Source of the DNA: Podarcis erhardii
Lineage: Eukaryota
Assembly: GCA_964252035.1 (NCBI GenBank)
Contig: OZ176200.1
Reading direction: 5' to 3' (one strand)
DNA: 64,000 nt
In this document: positions 1-12,324 of the stretch, piece after piece
How the letters are laid out: each line of letters starts with the position of its first letter
Position numbering within the stretch: the first letter of the stretch is position 1
Notes under the pieces: model-generated
What the model was told of the DNA's origin: nothing
Seen by the model: only the letters and a program-made list of their open reading frames with translations
The model's database searches: none
Translations under genes and position numbers: made by a program

Positions 1-368
1 CGATCATATGCCATAACAGATAGCAGGACGCAATCGCCACCTCCCAAGAAGATAAAGAAGAACATCTGTGTGCCACATCCTGCCAAAGAGATGGAGACTT
101 TTTGCGCAGAGAGGAGGTTGGCTAGGGTGAGTGGGGCAATGACGCATGAGTAAGCAATCTCCAGGGCTGCCAGGTTAGCCAAGAAGAAATACATGGGAGT
201 GTGGAGGGAGCGCTCTGTACGGACAATGAACACAACCACAGAGTTTCCCAAAAGGCTGAGTAGGTACAAGACCAAAAAAGTCCAGAAAAGCAACAGCTGC
301 ATCTCTGGGACTGTTGAGAAGGGGTGGAAGTAGAAATGGGTCAGGCTAGTGTGGTTTTCACTCTCCAT
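1..368 (-). CDS. Olfactory receptor, family 10 (OR10V1-like); 5' part only, runs off the window edge
   Basis: Manual minus-strand translation from ATG at 368: [73 protein letters not shown]...[27 protein letters not shown]. It has no stop and carries the OR motifs LHTPMY and MAYDR. A pyrimidine-rich acceptor (tctctctctttatctcgtgccag) lies just upstream. It is missing from the ORF track because it has no stop in the window. Confidence 0.85.
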   Translation of the reverse strand, partial: [122 protein letters not shown]

Positions 369-556
369 AGGAATTGGTACATATGACCTGGCACGAGATA
401 AAGAGAGAGACCAATGACGGAGAAAGTGATATCTCCACCAAGATGTCAACAGGCCACATCCATTTCTAAACATGTACAATAAACCAAGTAGCCACTGGAG
501 GGCAGACTCCCCCTTTTGCAAATAAAGATCTCTGTCTCGCAAGACAACAGCTGTCT

Positions 557-1008
557 TAGAATCATGGAGTCATAGAATTGGAAGGGACGTTAAGAGTCAT
601 CTAGTCCCACTTCCTGCAATGCAGGGATCTCAGCTAAAGCATCCAGAACAAATGGCCATCCAATCTCTGCTTAAAGACCACCTTCTGACAGAATCCATTC
701 TACTGCTGAACAGCTCTTACCATCAGAAAGTTCTTCCTGATGTTTCACCAGATCTCTTTTCTTGTAACTTGAAACCATTGGTTTGGGTCCTAGTCTCCAG
801 AGCAGGAGGAAACAAGCTTGCTCCATCTTCCATGTAGCAGCCCTTTAGATATTTGAAGATAGCTATTATATCTCCTCTCAGTCTCCTCTTTTCCAGGGTA
901 AGCATTCCCAATTCCCTCAGCCATTCCTCATAAGACTTGGTTTCCAGACCTCTGATCATCTTGGTTGCCCTCCTCTCTACACAGATTCCAGCTTCTCAGT
1001 ATCCTCTT
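557..1008 (-). mobile_element. CR1 LINE 3' fragment (5'-truncated)
   Basis: ORF 723-959 (EEWLRELGMLTLEKRRLRGDIIAIFKYLKG...RTQTNGFKLQ) is the CR1 ORF2 C-terminus. The CR1-type octamer tail appears as tagaatcat..catagaat at 557-578. Confidence 0.9.
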
Positions 1009-2342
1009 TTCTGGCTTGTGTGAAATTGTACAGCACAGGCATAATCTAGAAGGCATTTCAGTTCATGCTTCTGCAAATAATGAGTAAGTTTAAACTTCAA
1101 GACTGTAAAGCATTTCACATGCTGCAAGCACATCTTTTGGCAATCCTTTCATAGACCACTCCACTTGTAGCTCCACTTTTCCTGCTCCTTCTGCTATCAG
1201 TTAATGGTTCCCTGAACTATCTTCACTAAATCTTTTACGAAACCCATCTCTCCCTATCCTGTTGCCTTGTTAATTTTATTTGCAGACTTTCTGAAGAAGG
1301 AAGTTCCATTGAAATCAATGGAATTTCCAGAGAAATGCGGTTAGAATCAGATGCTTAGATTGCAAGCTGTGTCACTTGTGTATTTTGTATTTGCTTCCAG
1401 TACAAAATTAGATACACAATAAATAGCCGTTACACTGGCACTCTACATTGCTCTTGCTTTACTGAGCTAGGGATTGCAAAACAATTGCATGTCAGAGTTT
1501 CTGTGGTTTTACTCCATTAAAATTAAATAGACACTCCATCCAAAAGTACTCAAATCCTATTTTGTTTTTTATTGAATGGAAGTGGTTGTGACAAGTGAAA
1601 CCCATGACAAAATGTTGCAGTGTAGAGTGGTCCTGCTCAGGTTTCCAGCTAGCCAGCAATGCTGTCTTCTAGGATAATGTGTTCCAGTCCCACCCTGGTT
1701 TTCTGTTTGCCACCCACAACAATCAGCATTCTGTGTCTACCAGTATTCACTGGACTGCTGGGGAAGGTTCTCCCCTTAGTTCCCCTCTGCAAAATCTTGT
1801 GGTCCCCCTTCCCTTTCTTTCTCTGTTTTTCTTTTTGTTTGGGTTACTTTATTTTATCTTACTGTATTATGAAACAGCTTTAATAGAATCTTATTTTTAA
1901 AATAAAAATCTTTCTGTCCCCACAAGGTCCCTGATACCTCCACCTTCTTGTGTGGATATGGTGTCATTCTGGAAATGTAAGCATCATCTCTCATGGCGTC
2001 TCTCATCAGGAAAAGGACTGACTAACTTTTGCTGAATCATGCCCACTAGTGTGATATATTTTTCTTATGTTTTTAGATGTTCTCTATGTGTTTTGATGTT
2101 TTTAATTGTTTCTATTTTTAATCCTTCTGTCTTACTACTTTTGTGTTTGCTGCTATTGTTTAAGCTATTGTTAGTATGACAATGCAGAATTTGCCACACC
2201 ATCCTCTTCTACTCACTATTTTGGAGTACAGGTGGCGAGTATGCATGCATTTTTCATTTTAATGGCCAAGAAAACTACATTTCCACTGGAAGGTGGAAGC
2301 CTCCCTCTTTGCAAAATAAGATTTGGATGTCACCTTAAAAGA

Positions 2343-2462
2343 CAGCATAGCCAACGTGGTGCCCTTCAGATGCTGTTGCCCTTCATCACTGGCCATGCTG
2401 GCTGGGACAGATGGGAGCTGGAGTCTCACAACATCTAGAGGGCATTGTGTTGTCTATTTCTG
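2343..2462. mobile_element. Degenerate hAT-type MITE, same family as 5016-5156
   Basis: Shares the internal motif gctggctggg..gatgggagctggagtc..acaacatctagagggc with common lizard hAT MITEs. Termini are decayed. Confidence 0.4.
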
Positions 2463-3644
2463 TTCTAGTGCCTGTGAAATTGTATGCTATGGCACAGCCA
2501 TAGTCTAGAAACACTTTCCATTATCACCTGCAAATAGGAATGTCAAATGTAAATAACTGAGCATTCTTTATTATTCCAGTGTTGGCTTCATTAGGAGGCA
2601 ATGAAAGTGATACAAAGAGATGGCAAAAGCAACTTCCATTTAGGCTTAACCTCTTGATACACAAAGGGGAACTGCAACGTTTCTGTAGAAGGAAATGTTC
2701 CAGAATATTTCCCATTAAGAACCTCACACCACTCCTAGGAAAGCATTTGCCTGGAACAATGCTCAACGTTGTGGTCATTATTCTTGCTCACAACTAATTC
2801 AATGTCCACAGCCGACACATTGTCTAAACTCTTCTGACAATTGCAAGCAGTACCATTCTGGCCCTGATTTACTTCAACTGTATGCCCAACTGTTTTTATT
2901 GTGAGAAGGGTAGAACTGTTTTTACTGGCTGACTGGCTGGGATAACCTTACTAACCTGTTGTCCGAGCTGATATTGGATGCCGCTGCCCTTTCCACAAGA
3001 GAACTCTAGCTCTGAGGGCTTTATAAACCTTGCAAGATCCTTAGAGGAGCAAGATAATCCCAATCCCTCAGTGATGCATCAAAGTCCCCATAAAAGTAAA
3101 TCACATACAAGCAGCCAACAAGAGTAGAGGCCCCTGCTCTCTGAGGACAAAGGCCAGCAGAGAGGGAGGGAGACAAGGAGTCAACTCACTGCTCCATTAG
3201 AGGGGAGGACATTCAATACCAATTGCTCTCTCAGCATGCAAAAATACTTCATCGTGGCCATGTCCACCAACCAAGGAGCCTTTCTGCCACGTTTGCCCCA
3301 GTGTAGCTCAGGTTTTTCACCACTTGTGCTCTAGCCATCTTCTCTCCTGTCCCAAGGCAGGTGTAAACCAGAAGATCAGTGACAAGGAGGGGGAGAGTGT
3401 TAGGGCCATGAGAGCATGGATTTTGATAGCCTGTGTTGGGGATCTGGCCTAGCGAACTATACAGTGCTGTGTGTGCTCAGGCCTTAGTCTGCATCTATGC
3501 CGGAATTGTTTTTAGATGTTTTAATTATTTGTGGATTTATGCGTTTGCCACCCTGGGCTGCTTAGAGAGGAAGTGTGAGATGTAAATTTAAATAATAATA
3601 ATTTCACCTCACACCAGAATCGCAAGTTAGTAAGAATATAAATG

Positions 3645-3802
3645 CAGTGGCATAGCGTGGGGGGTGCAGGGGGGGCCGGCTGCACCGGGCACAACATCTG
3701 GGGGTTAGGGTTAGGGGTAGGGTTAGGGGGCGCAAATCCACGGGTTAGGGGTGCAAATTACTTGCCTTGCCCCGGGTGCTGACAACCCACGCTACGCCAC
3801 TG
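3645..3802. mobile_element. hAT-type MITE carrying telomeric TTAGGG repeats
   Basis: 17-bp TIRs cagtggcatagcgtggg / cccacgctacgccactg (1 mismatch). Perfect 8-bp TSD tataaatg at 3637-3644 and 3803-3810. Confidence 0.9.
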
Positions 3803-3886
3803 TATAAATGGTGTCTCATATTCTTAGTGCATGCAGGTACCAATTGGTACCTGTAGTGATTTTGATATATAATGGCTTTAGAAGTA

Positions 3887-4186
3887 CTGTGCTTTTCTGT
3901 GTATAAGATGAGGGTCTTTTACCATAAAATAATGTCAAAGGGGGGCACATCTTATACACGGATAGTGCATGGGGGGGACACGTGTGATTGGTTGCACCAA
4001 TCAACGTGTGATTTAGGTTAGTGATTTTCTGATTTCCCCCTGAAGAAAGCTCAACCAGCCTGGGCAATGCCCCCCCCCCACAAAAGCTCAACAACTCTGG
4101 GTCATCTCCCCCCCATTTTCTTAAATTTGAGTCCCCCAAAACGCAAGTCTTATACATGGGGGCATGTTATACACAGAAAAGTATGG
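3887..4186. mobile_element. Tc1/mariner Tc2-like non-autonomous element
   Basis: TA flanks at 3885-86 and 4187-88. Decayed TIRs ctgtgcttttctgtgtataa / ttatacacagaaaagtatgg of the CCGTATTTT..GTATAAGACG type. Confidence 0.75.
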
Positions 4187-5015
4187 TAGTTTTTTAATAT
4201 ATGCAACAGTTTTAACAGTTTTTATAGGTGTGTGTGTTTTAAATTTTTTTTAATATGTGTCAGGATGCCTCGTGGGAATTGATTCTTGTATAAATAAATA
4301 CAGTTATAAGCAAGATAGCAATGGGATGACTTCACTAGCAGCATTGGGAATGGTGGTGTGAATTTGAATTGATGAGGAGGGAGGGAGTGAAGATGTGAGT
4401 GAGGAACTGACGCAGAACACACACACACAAGCTACACATTTTTGCAGGTCTACATTTTTGCCTTTGAAAAAGTAAATTAGATTTATAGGCCAGTTATAAA
4501 GACATTTTGTCCATTGGTTCCCCTTCCCTCCCCCCAAGACCCCCTCTTCATTTTCCTTGTCCAATGGTTCTAGTGCATATCCAGGGGCACTGATGTTGTA
4601 CACATGGAACATTCTCTGACATGAACATGATTTATTTTAAAAGTGTACACCCCATCATTCATTGCAGGACCTAGACCAGGTTACGGCAAGCATATACATA
4701 AAAAAACCATGAAAATATCACATCACATTGGTAATTAGTAGGTATGGCACTATAAAGGCCAGTAGGTAATCGACCCTGACGTTTTGCTCAAAACTGGAAC
4801 TACCAGCAGGGCCTCTGCAGCAGATCTCAAGCAGAATGTTGTCTGCCCATTAGAAACACACAGCACTTTCAGCCACAGCTTAGATCTATACATGAGAGTT
4901 TGCTTTCATGTTTTGTTTTAATCTGCATATATAGGACCTTGTTTATGCCTTACTAGGTATGATCCCCAGCCTCACTCACCCAAGGAATGTTAGTATATCA
5001 GTGCTAGTCCTACGG

Positions 5016-5156
5016 CAGGGCCGGAAAGCCTGTGGACATCTGGTCGTTGCTGGATGACCCCTCCCATCCTTCGACACTGACTGTTGGCAATGCTTGATGG
5101 GTTTGTTGGTTGTTGGAGTCCAAGACCATTGGAGAGCTACAGCTTAGCCACCTCTG
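5016..5156. mobile_element. Degenerate hAT-type MITE
   Basis: Termini caggg...cctctg. Degenerate 8-bp TSD tcctacgg / ttctatgg (6/8). Confidence 0.55.
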
Positions 5157-5615
5157 TTCTATGGGATCATGTTCTATGAGGCTAAAGCCTGCTAGTGTCA
5201 TATTGGGTGGGCAGAAAATCACTTCAACAGGAGGGCAGTGGCGGTACATCTAAATGGACCAACAATGATGTTTCAATGATCCACATGTCATCACCACCAC
5301 TGCTGCCTTATCCATGAATATGTCTAATGGCATTAAAATTGGTGCTCATATCACATCTTCTGTGATATGAAAATTGTGTGCAGTGTGAAGTATTCCGCGT
5401 CTCTGCTGAAAGTGCACCCTACTTTCGTCCAAAATACTAGGGAATTTTGTGTTACTCTAACCTTGTGTATTGTATACTAGAACAGCAATCAATAATTTTT
5501 GGGGTAATTTTTGTGGCAATCAATAATTTTCTGCTCAGAGGTCAAAACAACAACGACAACATCATAGACTCTCTTTGGGTGCATGCCTGTTTGTGCATTT
5601 ATTAACAAAAAACAG

Positions 5616-7571
5616 AATCATCAGTCCAATTCATCAGTGGAAGTTGTCTCCCGATGAATACAAGGTCCAAAATCCCCATGCCAGTCCCACCAGGCATTTC
5701 TGGCTAGTCTGGTTTGAGGTTAATGTCTGCCTCAGTTGCTACCCTCCTTTGATGACATAATTCCAGCCTCTTCTTGGGGTATTTTTCTTCTGTTACCTCA
5801 CAATATCTTCAGGCCCCTAAATGAAATGTAGTAGTTTTCTCTGTGGCTGGAAACCTGTCCAGGTTCTCCTGCCCATCAAAACAGAACTCAGTGTCACTAG
5901 TGTAGCTGTTGTTCTGCTTGCTTTCAATCAGGCATTTGATTAATTTCCTTCAAGAATACCTATACCGAATTCAGGTCAATTGGCCACACAATGCACTGGT
6001 GCAACTTCTGCTACAAGCAAAGAACATTCCTTTTGAGGCACAGTTGCAGCTTAGACATAGAGCCTACCTATGCATCCTTCCTGTGGTTTCAGTTCCACCA
6101 TACCATTACAACAGATGGCAGTAGACGGTGTACCATTCCCTGGCTGCGATTCAACACTGTCATTTCTTCTGGGGCAGCACAGCCCTTTTTAAGGCTCTGA
6201 TAAGGGCATCCTTTAACTCTTTGTTCCTCATGCTATAGATTAAGGGGTTCAGCACAGGAGTGACAAAGGTGTAGACCACAGACACCGCCCGACCTTCCTC
6301 TGGTGAGTAGCTGGAGCTGGGACGCAGGTATATCAAACTGCCACAGCCAAACTGCAGAAGGACGACCGTTAAGTGGGAGGAACAGGTGGAGAAAGCCCTT
6401 TGCCTGCCTGCAGCAGAGCTGATCCTCAAGACTGCAGCCACAATGAAGGCATAGGAGATACAGATTAGGAGGAAAGGGATGGTGATGACAGTAATGCTGA
6501 CAATAAAAAAGGCAGTTTGGTGGAAATGGGTATCGCCACATGCCAGTTTCATGACAACAGGAACATCACAGAAAAAATTATTGATTTCCTTATTGACACA
6601 GAAAGGCAAAGTCAATATCAAGACAGAGAGCTGAATGCCAAAGAAGCAACTCATGACCAAGGTCCCAACAACAATTTTCACACACACACTCCAGTTCATG
6701 ATGACAGTGTAGCTGAGCGGGTGACAGATTGCCACATAGCGGTCATATGCCATGATTGCTATCAGGACACAGTCAGAGCTTCCCAGGAAGATAAAGAAGA
6801 ACATTTGGGACCCACAGCCAGCCAGGGTGATGGAGACCTTTCTTGCAGAACCTACGTGGGCCAGAGTGAGGGGTGCAATGGTACAAGAATAAGCAATTTC
6901 CAGACATGCCAGGTTAGCCAAGAAATAGTACATTGGGGTGTGAAGAGAATGTGTGGTGTAGATGATGAGAACAATGGTAGCATTCCCAAACAGGCTGAGC
7001 AAGTAGAGAATCAGAAAAGTCCAGAAAATCAGCTGCCTCATGCCAGGGTGCGTTGTGAATGGCTGGAAGTGGAACTGTATAATTCCAGTTTGGTTTTCAG
7101 TCTCCATATAAACCTGCACATGAGCTTGCTATGGGTTAAGAGGAGAGAGGAGAACATTACTGAGAAGCCAGCATTGGGCAACCAGGAAATTAGGTAACAC
7201 AAATAAATTGAATTGCAACAAACAGGGAAGATGTTGCAAACTTGGCTGATAGTGAATGTGCAATTGATCAACATATCCTTTAATACTGAAGTTCAGACTT
7301 CTGTAGGCAGCTATTAACAAGAATGAGATCAGATTCTTAGAGTAGGTTGTTCACTGAGGTGTCTACATCCATTAAAATTGAGCGACTATTACAGTGCTTA
7401 TAAATGGCTAGGTTGATATTGAAATGTTTTACAAACCCAGCCAGATGGGCAGGATATAAATAATAAAATTATTAATATTACTTTTCTATACTATTATCTG
7501 TCTCTGGCTCCATCTTCTACAGACACCAATGTTAATGCCTTGGAGCTGTAGTCCTACACTATGGGCGCTAT
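5616..7571. repeat. Left outer arm of a large inverted duplication (partner 14667-16622)
   Basis: Mirror coordinates sum to 22238 at both arm ends and both OR ends (6160+16078, 7119+15119), so there are no indels over 1956 bp. ORF-track peptides from the two arms are identical outside TM3-TM5. Confidence 0.95.
6160..7107 (-). CDS. Olfactory receptor OR10V1-like, copy A, intact, 315 aa from the first ATG
   Basis: Motifs [33 protein letters not shown] and [16 protein letters not shown], plus N-glycosylation site NQT. The ORF-track start at 7119 is a GTG; the first in-frame ATG is 7107. Confidence 0.95.
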   Translation of the reverse strand: [315 protein letters not shown]

Positions 7572-7770
7572 TAACAAGAATGAGACCAGGTTCTTAGAGT
7601 AGGTTGTTCATTGATGTGTCTACATCCATTAAAACCGAGCAACTATTACACTGTCTCTAAATGGCTAGGTTGATTCTGAAATGTTTTACCATTTTTTATG
7701 TGCTGTAAGCCGCCTAGAGTGATTGTGAAAACCCAGACAGATGGGCAGGATATAAATAATAAAATAATAA
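7310..7770 (+). repeat. Local direct duplication (about 7310-7470 vs 7568-7770) ending in an L2-like tail
   Basis: ctattaacaagaatgag..cttagagtaggttgttca..gtctacatccattaaaa..aaatggctaggttgat..gaaatgttttac..cagatgggcaggatataaataataaa occurs twice. The first copy lacks about 45 bp. Confidence 0.8.
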
Positions 7771-7772
7771 AG

Positions 7773-7888
7773 CTCAACCAAAGAAAAAAGCTCAAGAACT
7801 CTGGGCAATCTCCCCCCATTTTCCTAATTTGGAGTCCCCCAAAATAGGGGGCGTCTTATACACAGGGACGTGTTATACATGGAAAAGT
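7773..7888. mobile_element. 3' part of a Tc2-like element, same family as 3887-4186
   Basis: aaagctcaagaactctgggcaatctcccccc..gagtcccccaaaa..gtcttatacacaggg..gttatacatggaaaagtacag matches 4083-4186. Confidence 0.6.
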
Positions 7889-8030
7889 ACAGCATATCAT
7901 GGTTTATCTCAGCCGTTAGGGTGTTCTTTATGCAATTCCTGCATTCTGGATCTAGGGTGAGGTTTTTGTTTTTGATTTCTGGCACGTGATAGTCTGTCTC
8001 CATTCCCCCCCCCCCCACCTAAAGAAGCTT

Positions 8031-9615
8031 GAAGCTTATTTTTTACCCCCTCTCCCTAACTCTCACTGTATGGTGTTTGTGTGCATTTGACATATCAGTA
8101 CATATTTTATTAGTTTTGTTTGTACTTTCTTGGAGGGATAGTCATTTATTAATGCATTAAAAAAAATCTACCTACTTTCCTACCCTGGTACAGTCAAGAA
8201 AACCTGTTAAATGAAGTATCTTCTTCTCACCTCTCTTCTTCTGTTGGCTTAACATACGAGCAGCAACCTGGATATGAATATTTCTTTCCTATTGTTGCTG
8301 TTAAATTCAAAATTATTCCTTCCTTCCCTTATTTCCTTTGTAAAACATTCTCATTGGGGTCAACACATGCAGCCATTTTAGAAGATCTGTGCTTCCACAT
8401 GTGTGTGTCTTTCTTACCTTTATTGACATCAGCAGCTGCTATCTGTTCTCCACACCTCCCGGCATTCAAGACTTTTAAACCTATCTTCTATAGCCCCTTG
8501 GGAGTGAACTGCTGATGCAGCCTCTCACCACAGCTCCTATCAGCAAGAGGTTTAGTGAACATTCAGCCTGATTTACTTGCCCCAAAATTGGGAGGTTAGA
8601 TGTTATTGACTGTTTATTGAGAATTCATTCTGATTGGTTTGCAGAGAGGTTATATGACCAGGTGTCATCCCATACTTTCCTTTGCATTTTCTTGACACTT
8701 TCCCTATTGCCACACACACAAAAGGTTGGGGAGGAGGAGATGAACCAGCTTTATTGCACAGACTTTGAGCTGCCTAAATTTGCCAATATATGACTGAATC
8801 CCACTGAAAATAGCAACAGTCTGAAAGCTGTGGATGATGCAGAATATTTTTCTAAGCTCGTGGTTGCACTGAGATCAGTGCTTGGAATGAACTAGTTGAG
8901 CTCTATGAAGTTTACTGAACTAGTTCAAAAATCCCTGAACTACAGCTGAAAGTAGATCCCATAATTGGCAGGTGAACTTAGGTGGATTAAGTTCATTTGG
9001 GGGTTCAACTCCAAATGATTTCTACTTCATCTTCCTGTCTATTCCCTCCTCTTCTCCAGGATTAGGCCCAGACTCCTAGCTTTCATTTAAAAAGTCCATC
9101 AGACATCTACAAAGAAGGTTAGAAAGCAAACTGTGGAAGCAATGTCTGAAGTCTTATTAGGTGGATACAGAGGTGCTGCTGCTGCTAAGGATGCTTGGTC
9201 ATTTAACCACTTTTGCTAAGCAACCAGAATAAAGGATTGCATGGCATTTCCTGTATCTTCTCTGCTGAAGAGAGTCACTCTCTTCCAACAGGAGCAGCTT
9301 GCAGCAGAAAGCACAAATAAAGAAAGGAACAAAGCAAATGATGTTTGGTGGCACAAAGCAGAGTAAGCCATTTCTAGTATGGAAATACAATTATGTGGAA
9401 AGGTTCATCTTTTAACATTCTCTCTATTAGGCATCTTATGTGTGGTCCCTGATTACCCTGTAGGTCAGCCCAGGAGCTTCTAACATTCTGAATGCTGAAG
9501 GTTTTTGTTCTTTTGCAGAAGATGAACACTTTATGAACTAAAAAGTTTGTTTGAATGAATGTGGGCAGAACTAGTTTGTCTTATAAAAGGATGAACTTGA
9601 ACTGAAATGAACTTT
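8031..9615. repeat. Left inner arm of the palindrome (partner about 12325-13849), older, about 90% identical with indels
   Basis: Reverse-complement matches throughout, e.g. 8031-8130 vs 13750-13849. Near-identical peptides come from ORFs 9199-9390(-) and 12546-12743(+). About 85 bp near 9000 is missing from the right arm. Confidence 0.9.
8412..8637 (-). promoter_or_regulatory. Putative promoter and non-coding exon 1 of OR copy A
   Basis: Mirror of 13239-13464: CCAAT (8633-8637), O/E-like ccccttggga (8494-8503) and donor gtaaga (8412-8417). Function is inferred. Confidence 0.4.
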
Positions 9616-9625
9616 CTAAGCACTG
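8876..9625. mobile_element. Possible old DNA-transposon remnant inside the inner arm
   Basis: TIR-like cagtgcttggaa / ttctaagcactg with gaact-rich subterminal repeats. No convincing TSD. Confidence 0.3.
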
Positions 9626-11404
9626 GTTGAAAGTTTACCAAGGGTTTGGATTTGCTGCACATATAGACCACCTGTGAATCCAGCGGTTGTATTTGTTGTA
9701 TTTTTTTTCATAGTTTAGTTATTGGTTGCTGTTGGGGCTCTTTCCTGAAGACGAAACAGCTCTTAATTATCCAGTAATAACTTCTACATCTCCTCTTCCT
9801 GTGTATCACCTTCATTCTGGATTGGCCAAGAGGAATCCATCCTTTTTAATCAATTTTTGCCCTCATTGTCACCATCTTTGAAGAAGTTTCCGGATTTTAA
9901 TACAGTTAAAATATGCAAAAAGGAAAGGTACTGTTCCATGTTAATGAACGAAAAGAATCTTTTTATAAGATGTATGACACTGCAAAATGGTCTTCAAATA
10001 GTATTAGGGATCCATAGAGGCTGAGAGAAATGAATAACAAGAAAGGGGCAGGATATGTGTTGAGAAACTTTGGAGCACTAGGTTCATATGTAGGCCAGAA
10101 ATAAGAACCTTTATGAGAAAAATATTGTTATTCTCAATTCAGTGCAGATCAGTACTGAGAGCAGTAGTGGCAAGAGGTGACCCTGGAGTGTGCAAGGTAG
10201 AGTTTCGCTGATGAGTAGATTGTCCACCTGGCATGTCTATGGGTGGAAAAAGAAAAGCAGCAGCAAGAGAAAGCAATCATTGATGAGTTCGGTGCTGCAA
10301 TGGAGAAAGATAAAAACCAATTGAAAATTAAGATTTTGGGTGGTGGAATTTCTGCATAGCCTGAGCAAATTTGGTGGCAGTTTTGGAAGTGGAGTTAAGT
10401 TCAAGGACAATAGCAGCAGTGGGGGAGCAATCAGCTGGCCGTAAGGGCAAGAGTTACATGTTCCACAGGCTACAAGTTGGTCACTTATGAGCTAAATGGA
10501 CTAACGGCATGACTTGGTATGTGCTATATATGTATTTATATGTATTTTCCTTCTGAGGAATTGAAGTTAACAATGACTTTCCAATACTACTCAATCTGAG
10601 CTTTCAACCTAGGTGTTCCATATGCAAGCCAACCATTTTCTCCATTGAACTACACTTAGATATGGAGTTGAGTCTGAAAGTGGCAGTGTAAATATTTACT
10701 TACACCAGAATTGTCCTTGGAGAACTGAAACTTTATAAACTTACAGCCAGTTCTCTGAGGGTGAACATGCCTTGAGAATTGAAGCATATATGTGCAAGAC
10801 TCTTGGCCCAGATCAACAATTGCCTCCTCTTAAGGGACAACTTTATCTTTGGGGAACCAAGTATCTTTCTCTGATGCATGAACTTGTAATGTCCTAAAGC
10901 ATCTTTTACGGCCGTCAGAGAATTATGTTAATTTGTGTATGTCTCATAAGAGATCTCTTTGTTTTAACAAGCCTCTAAGGCATTCTGTCTTGAAATTATT
11001 TGTCTGAACAGAGGGAGGGGGGTGCGGAGAAAGAACTTTTGTCTCCTTAACAACTTTTCTCACCATTTTATCCATAAATCCCAATAGGATGTTACTTATT
11101 TATATTTAAGAAAGTTCTACAGAACTTCCCAAAATAAGAGAAAGAATCTCAAGGTCCGAAGAGAGGGACAATTTAATTTCAAGGTTATTTCTCATCCTTA
11201 AAGAAAACAGTAGCTGTTGCAGCATTTGTTAGCATCACTTTCCCTAGAGATGTAATATATTAGAATTTGAAAGAACTAATTACTGTCTTATAATCGAGGA
11301 AGAGGGACAGTCTATACTAAACATTCTGATGGATAAATAGCAGTCACGCCCCTCAAAAAGCACTCCCCCAAACAAAGGTTGGTGTCCAGTGCACAGGGCC
11401 AGCA

Positions 11405-11610
11405 ACCCATTTTCCAATAATAATCCAGCAGAAACCTGGTCTTTTGTGAAGGTTGACAATTATTATTATTGCATAGAAGAATATTTTTTAACACCTTAAA
11501 AGTTAATGCTTTTGCTTGCACCTTTTCTCCTTCCAGTGTTCCAACCACCATCTGAAGCACATGCACTGCAGTATGAAAGCAGCTTGAGACTTGCTGCTCT
11601 CTGATCCTCT
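11405..11610 (+). repeat. About 200-bp non-coding block repeated directly at 18040-18240
   Basis: tttccaataataatccagcagaaac..ggtcttttg..aaggttg..ttccagtgtt.caaccaccatc.gaagcacatgcac..cagtatgaaagcagcttgagacttgctgctctctgatc appears in both places, roughly 85% identical by eye. Confidence 0.85.
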
Positions 11611-12324
11611 TTATGCTTAATGATCACTATATATGCGATTCAGGTAGGCCATAGCTTAGGGGCAGAGGCAGAGCGCACACTTAGCATGCAGACAGGTTTG
11701 GTCCCTCTCTGGCTTCTGCAGCTGGGAAGGATCCCTGTTTCAAATGATGGAGAGACATTGCCAGCCCTGTTCAGGCTGTGGGCAGCATTTGGTGCTGGGG
11801 AAACTGCTGCAGGTGTGGTCAGAAGCACAAAAAGTGGTCAGGTTCAGATAAAAGCAGGTCAAGAATTCAAGCAGCTTTCAAAATTACCTCCCAACCTACT
11901 TCGAACTTCCCCTTTGATATACACAGTAGTATTAGAGGCAGCATTAAGGTCAGCATTAAGCCCCAGGCTCCCAAATAGTAAGGAGATGATACAGAAGGAT
12001 ATGCTCCCCAAAAACCCTTGCATTTATTTTAAATTTTATTCCTTTCATTTACACTCACCTTCCATCCTCAACCCTGCTTTCATTTTATTTGCTTCTTTTC
12101 AGATGCTCCTCCTCCTTACATTTATTATTTTCCTTTGCATTTGTCATCTTCTCTCATCTTCTTACATTTTTTCTTCTTTGCAACACAGAGCTGTCACTGC
12201 ATGGTGTGACAGGGTATTACCATGTTCAGGTATTCTCCCTCTGAGCCCCCAACCCAACACCTGGCCCATCACAAAATATTGGTAGCCACTGAAGAGAAGC
12301 TGCCACTTTGAGGAGTTGGGAAAA

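Noticed and set aside
492-505. CTCF-like ccactggagggcag, with a weak similar block at about 2270-2345
   Set aside because: Mismatch at a core position, and the similarity between the two blocks is too short and loose to call by eye.
6517-7197. 226-aa ORF and similar short ORFs overlapping the OR genes
   Set aside because: Antisense or alternative-frame shadows of OR coding sequence.
11620-12285. 221-aa ORF in the palindrome spacer
   Set aside because: No recognisable motifs, low-complexity T-rich second half, and no convincing exon structure.
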